Origin: an uncultured Verrucomicrobiae bacterium
GTDB lineage: Bacteria; Verrucomicrobiota; Verrucomicrobiia; Chthoniobacterales; Chthoniobacteraceae
Reading direction: 5' to 3'
DNA length: 64,000 nt
Assembly: GCA_963828525.1 (NCBI GenBank)
Contig: CAWHEP010000005.1
Span: 96,001-160,000, forward strand
Part shown: one piece after another, positions 60,147 through 64,000 of the stretch
Position numbering within the stretch: position 1 is the first letter of the stretch
Layout: the number at the start of each line of letters is the position of its first letter
Notes under the pieces: generated by a model
The model's database searches: none
Seen by the model: only the letters and a program-made list of their open reading frames with translations
What the model was told of the DNA's origin: nothing
Program-made: the position numbers and the translations under genes

Positions 60147-61337
60147 ATGCGGCGCTGGCTGGAACAGTTCGAGCAGTTCGCGATCGATGTCATCCTGGAG
60201 CGCAGGTATGGCAAGCGGGCGCTCCTTCTAAGGCTCCTGCTTCACCTGTTCTCATACGGCTATCTTGCCGCGGTTGAAACCCGCCTCTACCTGTACCGAA
60301 AACGCTTTCTCCGCGAGGCGCAACTGGGCTGTCTCGTGATCAGTATCGGCAATCTCACCGTGGGCGGCACCGGAAAAACACCTGTGGTGGAGAAGTTCGC
60401 GCGAGCCTTGCAAAGCGGCGGGCGGCGGGTGGCAATTCTGAGCCGGGGATACAAAAGCAAGCAGCCGCCTCTCCTGCGGCGTCTGATGCGGAGATTCGGT
60501 TCGAAGAAGGACTACAAGCCGCGCATTGTTTCGGACGGGCGCTCCATTCTGCTCGATTCGCGCGCTGCGGGCGACGAGCCCTATATGCTTGCCGTGAACC
60601 TGAAGGACGTGATCGTGCTGGTGGATAAGGATCGCGTCCGAGCGGGCGCCTACGCCATCGATAAGATGAATGTGGACACCCTCGTCCTCGACGATGGCTT
60701 GCAGTATCTCCACCTAAAACACCGCCTCGATATCGTCCTGATAGATCGGCAGGCCCCTTTTGGAAATGAATATCTCCTTCCCAGAGGCACGCTGCGCGAA
60801 CGCCCTAAAAACCTGAGGCGCGCCAGCTACATCTTCATAACGAAGACGACTCCGGAGGGAAACGAGGAACTCATCCGGCGCATTCGCAAGTATAATCGCA
60901 CGGCCGAGATCATCGAGTGCGCGCACCGTCCTCTATACCTGCAGCACGTGTATGATGACAAACAGCTTCCCCTCGACTACCTCAAGGGGAGGCACGTCGG
61001 CGCCCTCAGCGGGATCGCGGCCCCGGACAGTTTCGAGTCCGCCCTCACAAAGCTCGGGGCGAAGATTGACATGGCGCGGCATTTTACCGATCACCACCGT
61101 TTCTCTCATAAAGAGGTGCTTAATTTCATCAGCCGATGCGGAAGGCGCGACCTGGACGCGATCATTACCACCGAGAAAGATTCCGTGCGCTTGCCTCGCA
61201 TGGAAAAGCTGGAAGTACCGATTTACTTCTTGCGCGTGGAGATCGAAATCCTCACCGGCCACCAGAGTTGGCAGCAATGCGTCGACCGCATCTGCAAGCC
61301 GCAACCGCTTATTCCCGCGCAGCGCTTCTTCGGCTAA
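60147..61337 (+). CDS. lpxK: Tetraacyldisaccharide 4'-kinase
   Basis: [49 protein letters not shown]. Confidence 0.96.
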   Translation: MRRWLEQFEQFAIDVILERRYGKRALLLRLLLHLFSYGYLAAVETRLYLYRKRFLREAQLGCLVISIGNLTVGGTGKTPVVEKFARALQSGGRRVAILSRGYKSKQPPLLRRLMRRFGSKKDYKPRIVSDGRSILLDSRAAGDEPYMLAVNLKDVIVLVDKDRVRAGAYAIDKMNVDTLVLDDGLQYLHLKHRLDIVLIDRQAPFGNEYLLPRGTLRERPKNLRRASYIFITKTTPEGNEELIRRIRKYNRTAEIIECAHRPLYLQHVYDDKQLPLDYLKGRHVGALSGIAAPDSFESALTKLGAKIDMARHFTDHHRFSHKEVLNFISRCGRRDLDAIITTEKDSVRLPRMEKLEVPIYFLRVEIEILTGHQSWQQCVDRICKPQPLIPAQRFFG

Positions 61338-61338
61338 C

Positions 61339-62231
61339 TCACTGCCTCGACCCGCGAGCCAAGGTTCGCTCGCAAGCCAGGATGGTGTTCGAAATCAGCA
61401 TCGCAATCGTCATGGGCCCAACACCTCCCGGCACCGGGGTAATCGCGGAAGTTTTGGGCGCGACTTCCTCAAAGGCGACATCCCCAACCAGGCGGTAGCC
61501 TTTCTCTTGAGAAGGATCTTCCTTGCGATTGATCCCGACATCGATCACGACCGCCCCTTTGCGAACGTGGCCCGATTTCACGAATTCCGGTTGCCCGATC
61601 GCGGCGATCAAAATATCCGCTGAGCGCGTGATCTCTTCCAGTCCACGGCTGCGTGAATGAGCGACAGTGACCGTGGCGTCGGCGTCCGTCCCTTTCCGCA
61701 TGAGGAGCATCGCGAGCGGTTTCCCCACAATCATGCTGCGGCCAAGAACCACCACTCGCGCGCCGGAGATCGTTATTCCGCTCTCGACGAGTAATCGCTG
61801 GCAACCCAGGGGGTACAGGGCACAAACCCGGTGTCATCCCCCATCGCCAGCTTAGCCACGTTGATCGGGTGAAAACCGTCCACATCCTTGCAAGGCTCAA
61901 TTCGTTCTACGATGGCCTGTTCATCGATGTGCGGCGGTGGCGGCGACTGCACCAGGATGCCGTGGATCGACTCATCCGCGTTCAGCGCGAGCACGATGTC
62001 TTCGAGTTCGCGCTGCGTAGTCTCGATGGGCAGTTCCTTCTTCACCGAATGGAGGCCCAGTTCGCGGCAGATGCGATCCTTGGAACGCACGTAGGATCGC
62101 GATGCCGGGTTGTCCCCCACGAGCACCACGGCAAGCCCTGGCGTGATACCGCGCGCTTTTAACGCTTCGACCTTCGCTCTGGATTCCGCGTGGATGCGAG
62201 CGGCAATTTCCTGCCCTTTGATCAGTTTCAC
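61339..62231 (-). CDS. folD: Methylenetetrahydrofolate dehydrogenase/cyclohydrolase (frameshift near 61800)
   Basis: [57 protein letters not shown]. Confidence 0.96.
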
Positions 62232-62236
62232 AGCTT

Positions 62237-62900
62237 CTAAATCTCCTTTGGTTGCAATATCTGTTCAAGCGCGGAGCGATCTTCTTCGAACTCCCCTTCG
62301 GATTGCGCGCGCCGCGCCCAGAATAACGGTTTGAACGTGATGTCCGCGCGCGTGAAGGGGAGGGGGATCATGAATCCATCCCACCCGCGTAATCGAACGC
62401 AGCGTGAGGTACTCGACGTGGATCGGCATAATCGGACAATCCGCTTTTTGGGCCAGGAAGATGAGCCCCTGCCCGAGCCGGTAGCGGGGGCCTCGGGGAC
62501 CATCTGGAGTGATGACGACGTCCTTTCCCTCCTCAAGATATTTCGTGAGTTCCAGTAGCGCTGTCGCGCCGCGGCGTGAGCTGGAGCCGCGCACGGAAGG
62601 CACGCCAAAATGCTTCATAAACTCCTCGAGTATCGCGCCGTCCCTGCTCGGGCTTGTAAGCACTACCGCTCCTTTTGGGTTGCGATTGTGGCGCTCACAG
62701 ATGAGCGGCATCAAGAGCATCCTGTTATGCCAAAACGCGAAGATATGTTGTCTGCCACCCGTGCCGGAAAAGTACTCGGCTTCGTCCTTGATGTTGATTC
62801 TCAACGTCCAGCCCAGCGCCCGGAGGAGCACAGATCCCAGCCATGACAGAAACCGCTGCTTGAATCGCGCGCGCTGGAAGTGAGTGGGCGACCGGCGCAC
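62237..62900 (-). CDS. Lysophospholipid acyltransferase family protein (DUF374; frameshift near 62400)
   Basis: IFAFWHNR, SPSRDG, VRGSSSRRG, ITPDGPRGP, WDGFMIPLPF. Confidence 0.9.
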
Positions 62901-62906
62901 TGGCGA

Positions 62907-63455
62907 TCAACCCTTGATGGCGACTCCGTGACTTGAGCGCCCTCTCGATTTGCGGCGTCTCCGGCGCGTCGGTTGATCCCTCGGCTTCACCTCCGAGCTC
63001 CTGACCCTGCGCCTGCGCAGGTCGCGCGAATTCACGCTCAAACGATTCGAAGATGGCCTGCCGGCGACGACGGTCGCGCAGGCGACTACAACGCCCAGCC
63101 CCGCCAGGACGGCGAGGGGAGACATGCCTCCGCCTGTATTCACGGGCGAATCGGAAACATCCTCGGCTTTCGTGGATGACTCGAAGCGGGAGAAGGGCAG
63201 AAGTTTCACTTCGGAGAGATCCTCCGCAAGAGTCACGTCGTTTACGAAGCGGGCCGGCGCGCCGCCATCCACGAAGAAACCGATCTTGAAATTAGTATTC
63301 ACGCTCAAGTTCATTTGGGGAGAGGCCGCGCGAGGTTGCAAACGGATGCGCTCCCCTGCAACGCCACTCTCCAGAGCCTGGTCCCCGTGTGATGCGCTGG
63401 TGAACAACAGAGCGCCGATAATGAGGGCAAGCAAGGCGCGGGCATTCGACGACAT
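62907..63455 (-). CDS. Hypothetical exported protein with a C-terminal TM and an Arg-rich tail
   Basis: N-terminal signal peptide, then NTGGGMSPLAVLAGLGVVVACATVVAG followed by RRRR tracts. Confidence 0.6.
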   Translation of the reverse strand: MSSNARALLALIIGALLFTSASHGDQALESGVAGERIRLQPRAASPQMNLSVNTNFKIGFFVDGGAPARFVNDVTLAEDLSEVKLLPFSRFESSTKAEDVSDSPVNTGGGMSPLAVLAGLGVVVACATVVAGRPSSNRLSVNSRDLRRRRVRSSEVKPRDQPTRRRRRKSRGRSSHGVAIKG

Positions 63456-63576
63456 CGTTAATCCATACTGAACAATCGCTCAAAGGCGAGCGGAATTCAG
63501 AAAGCGCGTCCGTCCGGATCACAGGATTGCGCGTTGGCGCGTGCCTCCTGTTGCGAGTCATCCAAAAAGGCTGTGC

Positions 63577-64000
63577 TCACCCTGCCGCCAACGCGATGTC
63601 CCTGCACTTGCCCAAGTCCAGCTTCCCGGATCCCAAAACCGGAATGTCGCTGACTCTCACAACTTTTTTCGGTATCCAAAGGCTGGGAATGCCCGCCGCC
63701 AGCAAGCTGCCCCGCACCTCCCCGAGATCGACTTCTCCGAACGCTCAGCAGAATGACCGCTTCGCCCTTCGCCTCATCGGGAATACCGACTACGGTGATG
63801 GTCTTTTCCGAGTCCGAAGAATGGCCAAGCGCCTTCGCGATGGCGGCTTCCAGCGTCTCGTGCGGCACCATCTCTCCCCCGATCTTCGAGAATCGGCTCA
63901 GCCGGCCTTCAATATGCAGGAATCCATCCTCATCGAACCGGCCGAAGTCGCCCGTATTAAACCAGCCATCCACAAGCACATGCCCGGTACGCTCCGGGTC
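63577..64000 (-). CDS. AMP-binding acyl-ACP synthetase (Aas-like) C-terminus; truncated by the window, frameshift near 63735
   Basis: [30 protein letters not shown], then [10 protein letters not shown] in the next frame. Confidence 0.88.

Overview
This GC-rich bacterial window looks like Verrucomicrobiota (Spartobacteria/Chthoniobacterales-like), an inference from gene content and protein style rather than a database result. Many genes, including normally essential ones (hisS, folD, def), are broken by 1-nt indels, so the assembly probably carries long-read errors. Layout: (1) 0.5-4.3 kb holds an oxidoreductase, a two-component pair, tRNA-His and a candidate sigma54-dependent small RNA. (2) 7.3-12.8 kb is a stress-type cluster (DUF3008-like, GT4 fusion, GH130, Mn catalase, DUF2892-like). 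(3) 12.8-15.3 kb has type II glutamine synthetase with a sigma54/NtrC-like promoter, divergent from a minimal kinase + PP2C pair. (4) 15-37 kb is mostly housekeeping (bcp, pgsA-like, slt, priA, ftsY, nusB, ribH, ribBA, hisS, recF, def, exbD/exbB/tonB-like, comB, 8-oxoG glycosylase, rex, pseudouridine synthase), plus a large pseudo-receiver/pseudokinase/FGE/TPR membrane protein. (5) 38-58.7 kb is an accessory block of secreted carbohydrate enzymes (DUF1080, BNR-4/GH105 fusion, GH2, two GH106, two SASA esterases, GH35). (6) 59-64 kb carries tRNA-Arg, thrB, lpxK, folD, a DUF374 acyltransferase and an acyl-ACP synthetase end. No CRISPR array, integrase, transposase or reverse transcriptase was seen. 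All family calls come from motif recognition by eye.
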